64,000 bases of DNA, from positions 32,001-96,000 of IMG/VR virus record IMGVR_UViG_3300027969_000050; one strand, written 5' to 3'. The notes under the pieces are model-generated. The model ran no database searches. It was not told the origin of the DNA and saw only the letters and a list, made by a program, of their open reading frames with translations. Below are positions 9,426-18,744 of the stretch, in pieces. The position numbers and the translations under genes were made by a program. Position 1 is the stretch's first letter, and each line of letters starts with the position of its first letter. Origin of the DNA: a virus.

Positions 9426-12239
9426 CTATGTCCTGCCAACATCTAAGTTTAATTTCCAAAGCTCTTCAGGGGATAATTTCAAATCTCTTCTCAGGTGCTT
9501 CATGATCGAATCGCCGTCTTGTCCCTCAACTACGTCTCCTGCGTCTGAAAGATAATAGGGACGCTGGCCTTGGAAGGAGGAACCCTTCCAGCCGGGAGGA
9601 GTTTGAAGCTGGTCAATTTCTTTCCGAAGGGCCTTCTTGAACATTTTCCAGTCAAGCTCCCCGCCACGAAAATCATCTTGGTGCTTGTCGAGGTACTCAG
9701 TAATTTTCTTTTTCGGCGTCTTGTTGAGGACGGCATAGGCGCCAAGCTGCTTAATCTGCGATAGCGTTCCGCTGATTGGCTTGAGTTTATTCCATGACTC
9801 AATAAAGGTCGGAAAAATATTTGCTGTCCTGAACGGAACGGTGTTTCTGCTGTGTTGAGATGCTTCATTAGCGTTCCAAAGATCCTCGACGACCTTTCCG
9901 GCATCCTCACTGTTAGCCCACCATTCTTCAGGGCCTTCGATCTGGTTAGGGCGACCACGATCTAGAACGTGGTTTCCTTCTTCGTCGGCTTCGTACTCAA
10001 TTTTCTTAGACCAGTCTCGGGTCTCTGTTGGGTCCTTCTTTGCCCAATCAACTTGGTCATGCGGCGTAGGGTTCATTGGCTTAAGCGCCGTATGGTCCTG
10101 ATGCGACCCGACTCCGGTGCGCTTTGCGTCCCATAGCGCCCATTGAGCCTGACCCAAAGGCATCGATCCGTAGCCCATATTGTCAGTTCTAGCACGAAGC
10201 ATGCGCTCGTACTTAAAATAATCCCGGTTTGAAAGATCTGACTGCTTGCCCCCAAGCATTGAAATCATGTGGGTATCGATTGTTGCAAGCTCCGAGGTCA
10301 TTGGGCTTAGTAGAAGCCAAGCAAACGAAGCAACCTTCGGGCCAACGCCCGGAAGGTTCAAATGCATTACCTCGGTCCTAAAAATATGGCCCTTTCCGCC
10401 AGAATTGGCGTCTTCGACCGCCGCATCGTAAAGCGAATCAATATGTCGGGAGATGGCCGCAATATTTTTTGTTTGCTGGATGAGCCAGCCACCGTAAAGC
10501 TCATCGTCCCCAGTTTCCGCCGGAAGAGGGTCCTCGTCGTTCAATAAATTTTTCTGGCCCTTGTTCACCTGCTTGAACTTTGGCTTCTTGGCCGCAATTA
10601 AGCCCAGTTGCTCATGCTCGACATCATGCTTCTCGTTCTTGGCCTTCATCGAGTCCCGAAGATGGGTTTTGACCAGTGCTGCGGCAGCGGCAGTTATCTG
10701 GTCAGCGCTCTTGCGCTTGTCCTCGGCCTTATCGGACTCCTCGCCCTCAAGCATTCTTTCGTAGTGATAAAGAAGATTATGGACCTCGAGTTCGGTGTTT
10801 TTTCGAACTTCCGATGGATCCACGTCTGGATGCTGGGCAATTTTTAATCCGATGAGATCTTTGAGTTCTTCTCGGTACGGGATATGGACATCGGCAAAAT
10901 CAGGACCAAACTTGCTTACGTTCCATTTGACCCTCTGGTCGTTTAGAGCCTCGTGATAAACACTTGGGTCGGTTACGTCATACGGAATCTGCATGAGGTG
11001 TTGGTACTGAATGGCGTTCCAGCGCAGATTTTTCATTGGGGAAAGAACCGCTGCTCGCAGGGCGTTTGCGATTGATGCCTTGGCTAGGGATTCGTCCATC
11101 TTGTTCAAGGGCTGGCCCTGAAGCTTCTGAGCTACGTCCTGAATCCCGCCCTCTTTCCCATAATCGAGCGGGTCGCCGTAATGCAGGTAGGCATTCTGGT
11201 CGGCAGGGGCGATTCCGGACTCCCATTGATGGTTAGGGTCGAAAAGCTCCTGACCCTCCTCTGTAATCGTCTTTGAAATAACTGGCGGCCTTGGAAAACC
11301 CTGCTCGTAGTCGTACCAGCCCTCAGGCCAGCCCATTCCCTCTGCCTCGTGCGGAGCTGTCGTGCCTAGATCGAGACCCTGTGCGGGACTTGGCGCGACT
11401 TCTGGCATTGCCATTGGGGCGTAAGAATGCTCAACCGGAACGCCAGTGTGATCAACATCGTTTTCGGCATATTGGGCCTCACCAAGGAACTGGGGAAGTA
11501 AAACAATTTTTTGAGGACCGAAGGACCGGTAATACTGCGAATACGCAGTCTGGGCGATGCATTCTGAGAAAAGCGCCTGCTGGGCAAGCGGGGAGAGCAG
11601 CGGAAAATGCGCGGCACAGGCTTGGTTCTCTCCAACCCAGCCAAAATCGCCTCCCGAAACACAATGCCCAAGCACATCATGAACCACGCGAAAAGCGACA
11701 TTCTCATCTACGGACCAAATTGGATGTTCGCTATTGGCACGGCTAACTTTAAATTTTCTTTTGTTGTGGACGTCCTCGCACATCTCCTGAGGATTGGCAT
11801 ACGGCTCAGGGTCATCAACTATTTCGATGTCTATCTGCTGTGCAAGAACCTCCATACGGCGAACGCTGTCGTCGGCAAGTTCTTTCCAAGCCGGACCAGC
11901 TTTTGGATCATAGGCTGGAGCCGTTGCATAGGCCTCAGCAATCTCTTGAATCTGATCGGTCCAATTCGACTTCCACATTCCAACGTGCCTCTGGGCAGCA
12001 GAGCGGACATGCTCGCGCCGCATAATGGCAATCAAAAGAGATCCAAGGGCAGTAGCCTGATCGCGGCCAGTCTTAGTTACTTTCTTGCCGCTTGGATTGG
12101 TTGCCGAGGCATGGTATTCGCCCTTTTTGAACTCAACCTTTCCTACCGTCCAGCCCCTAGCGTGGATCTCGTTCATTAGATCCCTTACAGGCGTAGTTAT
12201 GCCCCTGAAGGCTGACGTGAGATCAATCGTGCGCATCAC
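9426..12239 (-). CDS. large multidomain protein with HDxxGH domain and HhH-GPD (Ogg2-like) DNA glycosylase domain
   Basis: FRVVHDVLGH..GE motif; LPGVGPKVASF..LATIDTHM..YFKYE..QWALW matches the helix-hairpin-helix glycosylase pattern with Lys and Asp. Confidence 0.7.
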   Translation of the reverse strand: MMRTIDLTSAFRGITTPVRDLMNEIHARGWTVGKVEFKKGEYHASATNPSGKKVTKTGRDQATALGSLLIAIMRREHVRSAAQRHVGMWKSNWTDQIQEIAEAYATAPAYDPKAGPAWKELADDSVRRMEVLAQQIDIEIVDDPEPYANPQEMCEDVHNKRKFKVSRANSEHPIWSVDENVAFRVVHDVLGHCVSGGDFGWVGENQACAAHFPLLSPLAQQALFSECIAQTAYSQYYRSFGPQKIVLLPQFLGEAQYAENDVDHTGVPVEHSYAPMAMPEVAPSPAQGLDLGTTAPHEAEGMGWPEGWYDYEQGFPRPPVISKTITEEGQELFDPNHQWESGIAPADQNAYLHYGDPLDYGKEGGIQDVAQKLQGQPLNKMDESLAKASIANALRAAVLSPMKNLRWNAIQYQHLMQIPYDVTDPSVYHEALNDQRVKWNVSKFGPDFADVHIPYREELKDLIGLKIAQHPDVDPSEVRKNTELEVHNLLYHYERMLEGEESDKAEDKRKSADQITAAAAALVKTHLRDSMKAKNEKHDVEHEQLGLIAAKKPKFKQVNKGQKNLLNDEDPLPAETGDDELYGGWLIQQTKNIAAISRHIDSLYDAAVEDANSGGKGHIFRTEVMHLNLPGVGPKVASFAWLLLSPMTSELATIDTHMISMLGGKQSDLSNRDYFKYERMLRARTDNMGYGSMPLGQAQWALWDAKRTGVGSHQDHTALKPMNPTPHDQVDWAKKDPTETRDWSKKIEYEADEEGNHVLDRGRPNQIEGPEEWWANSEDAGKVVEDLWNANEASQHSRNTVPFRTANIFPTFIESWNKLKPISGTLSQIKQLGAYAVLNKTPKKKITEYLDKHQDDFRGGELDWKMFKKALRKEIDQLQTPPGWKGSSFQGQRPYYLSDAGDVVEGQDGDSIMKHLRRDLKLSPEELWKLNLDVGRT

Positions 12240-12271
12240 CGTTTAAATCAGAGGAGCAGGGCTATTTGCGG

Positions 12272-12688
12272 CTACATAAGGTCAAGCACACGCAATTCAA
12301 AATCATACGCATCATCTTCAGATTCCTCAATGCTCAACGGGTTGATTGTCAGCGTTCCATATTTTTTCTTTCCTCGATTGAACTGACTGATGTGTCGAAG
12401 TTCATGGGCAAACAGCCTTATGATGTCGCGCTCTCCACATTCAAACCCCAGAGACATTTGCACCCACCCATCGGGGTGATAGCGGAAATTATTTCTTCGG
12501 ACGGAAAAGTTGTCCGGATGCGCCCAACCATTGAAATCAGAATGCGACGGAGAGAGCCGCGTTTCGACAAAGAGGCCCCGTACCCTCAGATCACGATCAA
12601 CCTCTCTTACAACGGCCTTTACGTCGTTTAGAAGCAACCTTAGATCCGGGAACTCACAGTCAATCCCAGCAGAGCAAGATACTTGCAC
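12272..12688 (-). CDS. HExxH zincin-like protein
   Basis: LFAHELRHISQ plus downstream EDDAYDFE. Confidence 0.6.
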   Translation of the reverse strand: MQVSCSAGIDCEFPDLRLLLNDVKAVVREVDRDLRVRGLFVETRLSPSHSDFNGWAHPDNFSVRRNNFRYHPDGWVQMSLGFECGERDIIRLFAHELRHISQFNRGKKKYGTLTINPLSIEESEDDAYDFELRVLDLM

Positions 12689-12769
12689 GGTTTCCCCCCT
12701 TTGGATGGAGGAAACTTATGCTCTCTTTACGGCTGTGTAAATAGTCCTAACGGACTACTTTAGGGACGG

Positions 12770-13123
12770 TTAGGCGCCATCCGTTTGGATAGGTGCCATT
12801 GGCCTGCCGTACTGGTAGCGATCCCAATCAAACTGAGGACTATTGTCGTATTCCTCGTTAGGGTGTCCCGGCCCAAGAGCCTGAACTACCTGTCGTTTAA
12901 CGAAAGGATCGGTTAGGGGCTTACCCTTGACGTCTGTTACTCGCCAGCCGCGCTTAATCTTTGCGGCAAAGCCCGTCATCGCGTTTGGATCCCCAGACTC
13001 ATTAGCCAAGCTTTCGAGAGTCGGATTGTCGAGCGGGTGGTCTTCTAAAGCGTGAGCGAAAGTGACCGCTGCTGTTTGAGGAGAAAAGCACCACATGTAG
13101 AACGTCGGTTCATAGGTCATCAA
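12770..13123 (-). CDS. hypothetical protein
   Basis: 117-aa ORF directly after the glycosylase gene. Confidence 0.65.
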   Translation of the reverse strand: MMTYEPTFYMWCFSPQTAAVTFAHALEDHPLDNPTLESLANESGDPNAMTGFAAKIKRGWRVTDVKGKPLTDPFVKRQVVQALGPGHPNEEYDNSPQFDWDRYQYGRPMAPIQTDGA

Positions 13124-13126
13124 CGA

Positions 13127-13555
13127 TTACAGGGCGTATTCAGGGTGCTTAGAGGGCCAGAAGTAGGGCATCGGAGAGTCGTCCCAGAGTTCTCCGTACC
13201 AGTCAGAATCCTTCACTATAAGATTTGAACGGTGCGATGCGTGTACACGATCATCGCCCCACCACGCAGGGAATGACTCGTCGTCAAACTTGAAAGCTTC
13301 AATGCGACCTCGTAGATCGGTGTTGTCATTGCCACCTTGAGCGACCCACTCGTCGCACATGATTAGACCGTAGAGACGCAAGGCGCCGCCGTAACCGCGC
13401 CACATATGAACGGCTGGGTGACTCTGCCAGCCGTAAGTGTCGTCTGTGATCGCACGAAGAACCTGAAACGCCTCGATTCGCTGCTTGTTGAGGCGACGAC
13501 GATCTAAGGACGAAGCACACTTGTAGATATCTGGATACGGAACGAATGTCTGCAT
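13127..13555 (-). CDS. pyrimidine-dimer DNA glycosylase / endonuclease V family (MSMEG_6728-like)
   Basis: MQTFVPY..LDRRRLNKQRIEA..HPAVHMWRGY..HASHRSNL..YFWP signature. Confidence 0.9.
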   Translation of the reverse strand: MQTFVPYPDIYKCASSLDRRRLNKQRIEAFQVLRAITDDTYGWQSHPAVHMWRGYGGALRLYGLIMCDEWVAQGGNDNTDLRGRIEAFKFDDESFPAWWGDDRVHASHRSNLIVKDSDWYGELWDDSPMPYFWPSKHPEYAL

Positions 13556-13557
13556 CG

Positions 13558-13794
13558 CTATATTATATCAGTAATAGATGAACGAATGCTATCCAAGGCC
13601 TGCTGGGCGCGCTTAACTCCAGCCGCGCTGTTTGGCAAGGAAAGAGGGACCGTCGCTATTTCAACAAGCGCATCGCGAAGACTGTTTCTCTCCATAATTG
13701 CCTTGTCGATTGCCTCCTGTACATCCTTGTACTGGACCCAGTTTCCCTTGTTGTCTCGCCTTATCTTATTGCCGTCTATGCTATATCGTCTCAT
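13558..13794 (-). CDS. hypothetical protein
   Basis: 78-aa ORF with ATGA overlap to the upstream gene. Confidence 0.6.
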   Translation of the reverse strand: MRRYSIDGNKIRRDNKGNWVQYKDVQEAIDKAIMERNSLRDALVEIATVPLSLPNSAAGVKRAQQALDSIRSSITDII

Positions 13795-14006
13795 TGTTTG
13801 TGAAGCTCCCCATCGGAAAGAAATTGTGTGATTCTTTGACGAGTGTACGGAGTCCTTACCGCTATCTCACGATGAGACGCCCCGGCGCGACCCGCCCTGC
13901 GACAAGCAGAAGCCAAAACCTCACGCCTGTTCTCAAGTTCCGCCTTTGCTTGAAGGTATTTATGAGAGGCAAGTTCAACAGATTCCAAAGCATGCTTGCG
14001 GCTCAT
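13791..14006 (-). CDS. small HTH DNA-binding protein
   Basis: AGASHREIAVRTPYTRQRITQFL helix-turn-helix; ATG at 14006 overlaps the upstream stop. Confidence 0.7.
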   Translation of the reverse strand: MSRKHALESVELASHKYLQAKAELENRREVLASACRRAGRAGASHREIAVRTPYTRQRITQFLSDGELHKQ

Positions 14007-14191
14007 TTTGCTTTCCTCCAAAGACCTACGACTTGACGAGCGGTTACTGAGTAGTGAGTAAACCTAGGATCCATCGGCTGGATAGAGAGGGAACTCTCCC
14101 CCTCTTTCTTTTCCGTCACCGTAGCGAAGAAAATTCTCCCCTTGATGTCGCACTTGACGATATCTCCAGATTTGACTCTCGATAGTTGCAT
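14003..14191 (-). CDS. small SH3/KOW-like hypothetical protein
   Basis: VKSGDIVKCDIKGRIFFATV beta-barrel-like pattern. Confidence 0.55.
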   Translation of the reverse strand: MQLSRVKSGDIVKCDIKGRIFFATVTEKKEGESSLSIQPMDPRFTHYSVTARQVVGLWRKAK

Positions 14192-14322
14192 TCGACGAAA
14201 CTACTGAATGGCCAATCGATTAGCAACCCGTCTAAACGGATGGTTTTACTTTCAAACGGACTGGTCAATCTGGGTTGCATGTCGCCATCACATTGTTATA
14301 CCGGTATCCAAACGGATAAAGG

Positions 14323-14637
14323 ATGATGGCGGCCCCAGAACCACTAGAAATAATTTTAAAACACATCGAGCAGCTCCGAGAGGATGTTCGTGAAGGCTTT
14401 GAACGGATTGACGGTCGGCTTACCAAGCTTGAAGAACGAGTAGGCCGAACTGAAAAATGGCAAGCCGAAAAAGACGCCGTTGAGAAGGCCTTAGATGATC
14501 AGTCAGACGAGAGAAACGCAAACGCGCATATTACTTTAAACAGCCGTCAAGTAGTGATTGCAACGATAGGCGGAGTGCTTGCCCTCGCAATGGTAATCAT
14601 TAGCGTATTACAAGTCTTTAACGTCATCGGTACTTAG
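14323..14637 (+). CDS. coiled-coil membrane protein (XhlA/holin-like)
   Basis: N-terminal heptads (IDGRLTKLEERVGRTE) and one C-terminal hydrophobic helix. Confidence 0.6.
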   Translation: MMAAPEPLEIILKHIEQLREDVREGFERIDGRLTKLEERVGRTEKWQAEKDAVEKALDDQSDERNANAHITLNSRQVVIATIGGVLALAMVIISVLQVFNVIGT

Positions 14638-16641
14638 CATTCCGCGCATCAGATCGCGCAGAATACTTGTTTGAGCGGGGTTGTCTCCGCCGTCCATAAT
14701 TGCGCTAGTGACCGTGCGCTTGCTCTCAATCAATTCCACAATGCGCTCGTCGATTGTTCCCTGAGCAATCAGGTACCAAGCCGTAACCGAATCTGACTGA
14801 CCGATACGGTGGCAGCGGTCCTCCGCCTGATCGTGTTCCGCTGGCGTCCAACCAACCTCTAAGAAAGCAACATTTGATGCAGCCGTAAGGGTGATGCCGG
14901 TGTTTGCAGCCTTGAGAGAGCAGACGATAATACGGCAGGACTCGTCATTTTGAAACTTATCAACCTGTTCTTGCTTTTCCTTGGCGTCCATTCCGCCAGA
15001 AATGCTTGCCATGTTGGACTTTGCAAGGCGCTTGTCCTCACGAACGCTTTTGGCAACGTCACGATGATGAACAAAGAGAACCAGCTTCTCCGACTCGATA
15101 AAGTCAGCGGCCCATTCGATAGCGGCCTCAACCTTTCCTCTTGCCGCGATCTGCTTAAGGGTCTGAATTTGGACGAGGACTTCTGCCTGCGACGCCCTTG
15201 CCGCAGCGGTGTTAGCGCGCTGGTCACGGAGCTTTTTCTTTTCTTCCTTGGAGAGACCGGCCTCTTCGGCTTCAATCTCGGCCTTCTGCTCCGCACTCTT
15301 GCGTAGATATCCGATTACGTCGTCTTCTGCGGCTCGGTACTCAGAAAAGTTGTCGATCTCCATTGGGATAATCGCCCGCTGCTTGGCGGGAAGCTCTTTT
15401 AGAACGTCGCTCTTAAGACGCCGAACAAAGCACGAGCCGCGCAGCTTTTCGTTTAGCTCGTCAAGATGGGTGGCTCCGTCCATGTTCCAACCGAAGCGGT
15501 CCTTGTAAGCGCCACAGTAACGAAGAAAGAACTTGAAGCCGCCGAACTCTTTTTCTCGTCCCAGAATCTTTAGCTGCGGAGCAAGTTCTTTTGGTCGATT
15601 GAGGACAGAGGTTCCGGTTAGGTTCAAGACAAGCCCATCGTCCGGAATAAGGTTTGCGATTGCAAGATCGGCCTGAGTCCTTTTAGCCTTCGGGTTCTTG
15701 AGATTGTGGGACTCATCGTTTACGAGAGACTTGGGAGAGAAGGCGATTAGTTCTTCCTTCCAAGAGTCCAAGATGTCGTAGTTGATTACTACAACGTCGC
15801 AGGCGTCTGGGATCCTAAGCGCCTTTTTGCCTGAGAGTACGTCCACGACTCGATTTGGACAGGCGGTCTTCCATGCCCTCTGCCAGCCGTACTTCATGTT
15901 TCCTTGACAGACAATGACTACCGGGAAGGCATCGGCGGCGTGAATTGAAGCAATAGCCTGAAAGGTCTTGCCAAGCCCCTGCTCGTCAGCGATGAATGTG
16001 CGGCGGGTTTTCAAAACGTATTCGACCCCGGCCTTCTGGAATGGATAAAGCTCGACGCCGAAATCCTTGATCTCAAAGTCGGACTCCGCTTCGTCTTGAC
16101 GGGAGAGGATGGTTAGCTCGTCGTGTTTTGCCTCTTCGATGACGGCGCCATCAAGGAGAGTGGAAAGATGAGCGGTCACGTCCTTGCCGACCTTTACGTT
16201 GAACCGAGTGATGAAATTTGCCGTGCCGTCAGCGGCTTTCGGAACTCCGGGTACCGTCCATGTCTTGCTGGTCGGGTTGAAGTTGCGTCCGGGGATGCTC
16301 TTCACTGACTCCAAGCAATTATAGAAGTCATCGGTTCCGGGTTCAAAGCTGATTTCAAAGTCGCCCTGATTGAGCCGAACTTTGATTAGCGGCTCGTCGG
16401 CTACTTTGTCGAGTTCCTTGCTGGCCTCGTCCGTGAGAGAGAAGCCGTGATTCTCAGCGAGAGAACGGACAGGGGCTGCGTTGCCAGCGGATACAGAGGC
16501 GGTCCAGAACTTATTGCTGGGGTTCCACTTGCGCCTCGGAAGAGATTTGATCGAAGCAACGACTTCACTGTCGTATTCGCACTCGATTACGAGATCGGAA
16601 CCGTCAAATGAGATTTTGCGTTCCTTCTGCTTGGTAGCCAT
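14608..16641 (-). CDS. SNF2-family helicase with two N-terminal HARP-like domains (SMARCAL1-like)
   Basis: ADEQGLGKT, DESH, LTGT, QAEDRCHRIGQ motifs; two IKSLPRRKWNP / VKSIPGRNFNP..W repeats. Confidence 0.93.
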   Translation of the reverse strand: MATKQKERKISFDGSDLVIECEYDSEVVASIKSLPRRKWNPSNKFWTASVSAGNAAPVRSLAENHGFSLTDEASKELDKVADEPLIKVRLNQGDFEISFEPGTDDFYNCLESVKSIPGRNFNPTSKTWTVPGVPKAADGTANFITRFNVKVGKDVTAHLSTLLDGAVIEEAKHDELTILSRQDEAESDFEIKDFGVELYPFQKAGVEYVLKTRRTFIADEQGLGKTFQAIASIHAADAFPVVIVCQGNMKYGWQRAWKTACPNRVVDVLSGKKALRIPDACDVVVINYDILDSWKEELIAFSPKSLVNDESHNLKNPKAKRTQADLAIANLIPDDGLVLNLTGTSVLNRPKELAPQLKILGREKEFGGFKFFLRYCGAYKDRFGWNMDGATHLDELNEKLRGSCFVRRLKSDVLKELPAKQRAIIPMEIDNFSEYRAAEDDVIGYLRKSAEQKAEIEAEEAGLSKEEKKKLRDQRANTAAARASQAEVLVQIQTLKQIAARGKVEAAIEWAADFIESEKLVLFVHHRDVAKSVREDKRLAKSNMASISGGMDAKEKQEQVDKFQNDESCRIIVCSLKAANTGITLTAASNVAFLEVGWTPAEHDQAEDRCHRIGQSDSVTAWYLIAQGTIDERIVELIESKRTVTSAIMDGGDNPAQTSILRDLMRGMLSTDDVKDL

Positions 16642-16647
16642 ACGAAT

Positions 16648-16656
16648 AGTATAGCA
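16648..16656 (-). promoter_or_regulatory. extended -10 promoter TGCTATACT, leaderless
   Basis: 6 nt upstream of the helicase ATG, no SD. Confidence 0.7.
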
Positions 16657-16668
16657 GATTTGAAGATT

Positions 16669-17049
16669 CTAGTCTACAGGCTGGCCGAGCGCCGCAGCCG
16701 CGATTTGCTGCGCCTGTGACTTGGTGCAATCGGCGCAGGCCTGCAATGCCTCTACAAACTTAGTGTTATTGGCCTTATACGCCTCTAACTCAATGCTTAG
16801 TTGTTCTACGTCTGATTGACTGACGCTATGGCTAGAGACCTCTAATAGCTTGGTCTGGGAGTCTTTCAGATCTTTACGAAGGGAATCAACCTCCACTTGA
16901 CGCATTGCGCTTGCTTGCTCAGTTGTGCTTCGCGCCGCTGCGACCGCCTCTCGAGCCTCGATTAGAAGGCTCTCAGAAGCCGCTAGTTGGCGCTGGAGAT
17001 CAGAAGTTTTTTGGACGGCATCAAGATACTGCTGACGATAATCAGCCAT
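16669..17049 (-). CDS. coiled-coil hypothetical protein
   Basis: 126-aa helical ORF, TAATG coupled. Confidence 0.7.
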   Translation of the reverse strand: MADYRQQYLDAVQKTSDLQRQLAASESLLIEAREAVAAARSTTEQASAMRQVEVDSLRKDLKDSQTKLLEVSSHSVSQSDVEQLSIELEAYKANNTKFVEALQACADCTKSQAQQIAAAALGQPVD

Positions 17050-17375
17050 TACTGCGCCTTCATTGACGAAACCGCGTCTGCCGTCTTTTGGATGTTCGCA
17101 AGATCCGACGCCGAAGCAACAGATAACTTCGACTCAGACGGGAGCTTGCTGGACTCCTCTACAAGCCGCTCGCCCATTTTCTCTGCCGCCTCTTTATTCA
17201 AAGAGAAGGAGATCTGGCCAAACGGAACCTGAAGCGGGTTTCCGTCACCGGAATCAAGTGGAAGCATTTGCCCAATTGTGAGATTGACCCTGAGACCAGC
17301 CTTGGCTGCTTCCTCGTCCTCCGGAACCGAGAGGCTCATACCCATTACATTAATCTCTGCGTTGAATGCTGTCAT
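17049..17375 (-). CDS. hypothetical protein
   Basis: 108-aa ORF; TGATAGGAT extended -10 lies 6 nt upstream. Confidence 0.7.
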   Translation of the reverse strand: MTAFNAEINVMGMSLSVPEDEEAAKAGLRVNLTIGQMLPLDSGDGNPLQVPFGQISFSLNKEAAEKMGERLVEESSKLPSESKLSVASASDLANIQKTADAVSSMKAQ

Positions 17376-17408
17376 TGCTAAATCCTATCACTTGTCATTG
17401 GTTTGCCT

Positions 17409-17430
17409 ACCCGTCCAAAAGGATGGGTTT
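17409..17430. terminator. stem-loop ACCCGTCC-AAAA-GGATGGGT
   Basis: inverted repeat immediately after the response regulator stop. Confidence 0.45.
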
Positions 17431-17434
17431 ACTA

Positions 17435-18049
17435 TCAATCGATTAGCCCTTGACGAAGAGCAGCGCTAACCGCCGCCCCCTTGTTATGGACGCCGAGTTT
17501 GGAATAAATATTGCGAAGGTGGAATTTGATTGTGGGTTCAGCGATGTAAATCTCCCCCGATATTTTCTTTGCGGTAAGCCCGTCCGCGACCAAGATCAAG
17601 ATCTCGCGTTCACGCGGGGTCAGCTTGCACGGCCTCCCTGCGTCTCTGAGAGTTCCTACGAGCTGCGAGTGAATCTCCCCTAGAGCGGTCTCACCACGAG
17701 CCACTTGCTTGACCACATCAAAAATGCTTTTTGGGGACCGAGTTGCAAACCCCATCAATCCATTCGCCACAGCCTCAACGAAATCTATCGTGTGGCAGCT
17801 ACAGCAGATTAAGACCGGGGCCGCTTCTGATTCGGCCTCGTGCAGCTTGCGAATTATCTGCGGGCCAGAAAGTCCCGGGAGGCAGGCTCCCAAAATCGCA
17901 ACGGTTGGAGCTTCAATAATAAGCTCTTGAAGGGCCTTGGCTCCGTCCGACGCGGAGCCTAAAACACGGCCCTCAAACAACTGTGACAGGCCGATGATTG
18001 AAATTGGATCGTCAGCTATGTAAACGCTAAACCCCTGCTCTAAGCCCAC
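17435..18049 (-). CDS. NarL/LuxR-family response regulator with atypical receiver
   Basis: LTPREREILILVADGLTAKKISGEIYIAEPTIKFHLRNIYSKLGV LuxR HTH; receiver-like N-terminus. Confidence 0.92.
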   Translation of the reverse strand: MGLEQGFSVYIADDPISIIGLSQLFEGRVLGSASDGAKALQELIIEAPTVAILGACLPGLSGPQIIRKLHEAESEAAPVLICCSCHTIDFVEAVANGLMGFATRSPKSIFDVVKQVARGETALGEIHSQLVGTLRDAGRPCKLTPREREILILVADGLTAKKISGEIYIAEPTIKFHLRNIYSKLGVHNKGAAVSAALRQGLID

Positions 18050-18103
18050 TTTTTCTCCAATGATGGTGTGTGGGCGGAACTATACAGACGGATGGGGTCT
18101 AGG

Positions 18104-18595
18104 TCAAGAAAGCGCCGATGCGCCATACGAAGAAGCCGCAAAATGCGTTAATTCTTTAGCGTGGGACTGGGTGAAGCCCTCAAAGGGATCAACCTGAATC
18201 GCCATCGTCGGAACCGACAAGGAACGACGCCTTGCCCATTCAACCCCGTCTTCGTAGATGTGGTCGTCCATCCAAACCAGCGGTCGGTCCTCGTGTTCAT
18301 TGTCCTCTAGGTATCGGTCGATTCCGTAGAGCTTGAAGGTTTGGTGATTGAGATCCATCGAGGCAAAGCTGATGGCGTCAAGAGGTGGGAGATCATGAAG
18401 AGGCCCAACGTCAATGTTGGCCGTCGTTCCTCTCATCGTCGCCCAGACAATCTCGTAGGACTCCATAAGATGCGTCAAGGCATCGCGGGTTCGAGGACTC
18501 CAATACACCTGCATCTCAGGATGCCATGTGTACGAAGGGGCGGGGGCGAACGGGAAAAGAACGCCGTCAACATCAAGCAAAAGTAGTGGTCTCAT
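18104..18595 (-). CDS. HAD-superfamily protein (Swiss-Army-Knife RNA-repair-like HAD)
   Basis: LLLDVDGVL, VWAT, LVWMDD motifs. Confidence 0.85.
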   Translation of the reverse strand: MRPLLLLDVDGVLFPFAPAPSYTWHPEMQVYWSPRTRDALTHLMESYEIVWATMRGTTANIDVGPLHDLPPLDAISFASMDLNHQTFKLYGIDRYLEDNEHEDRPLVWMDDHIYEDGVEWARRRSLSVPTMAIQVDPFEGFTQSHAKELTHFAASSYGASALS

Positions 18596-18624
18596 TGCTT
18601 TAGTTTATCACATTCGGTAAGAGA

Positions 18625-18654
18625 TTGACACCGCGTATCTTTTCATGCTAGACT
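18625..18654 (+). promoter_or_regulatory. sigma70/SigA-type promoter
   Basis: TTGACA-N18-TAGACT with TG extension, upstream of 18745. Confidence 0.7.
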
Positions 18655-18744
18655 TCTCACATCAGGCAAATGGATTAGCGAATCAGTAAGTTTGAGTTTT
18701 GTTGCTACTCTATTTGCGTCAGGTAATTCAAACAGGAGAATCAC

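Noticed and set aside
14323-14637. Lysis cassette
   Set aside because: Single holin/XhlA-like gene with no adjacent endolysin; role unsupported
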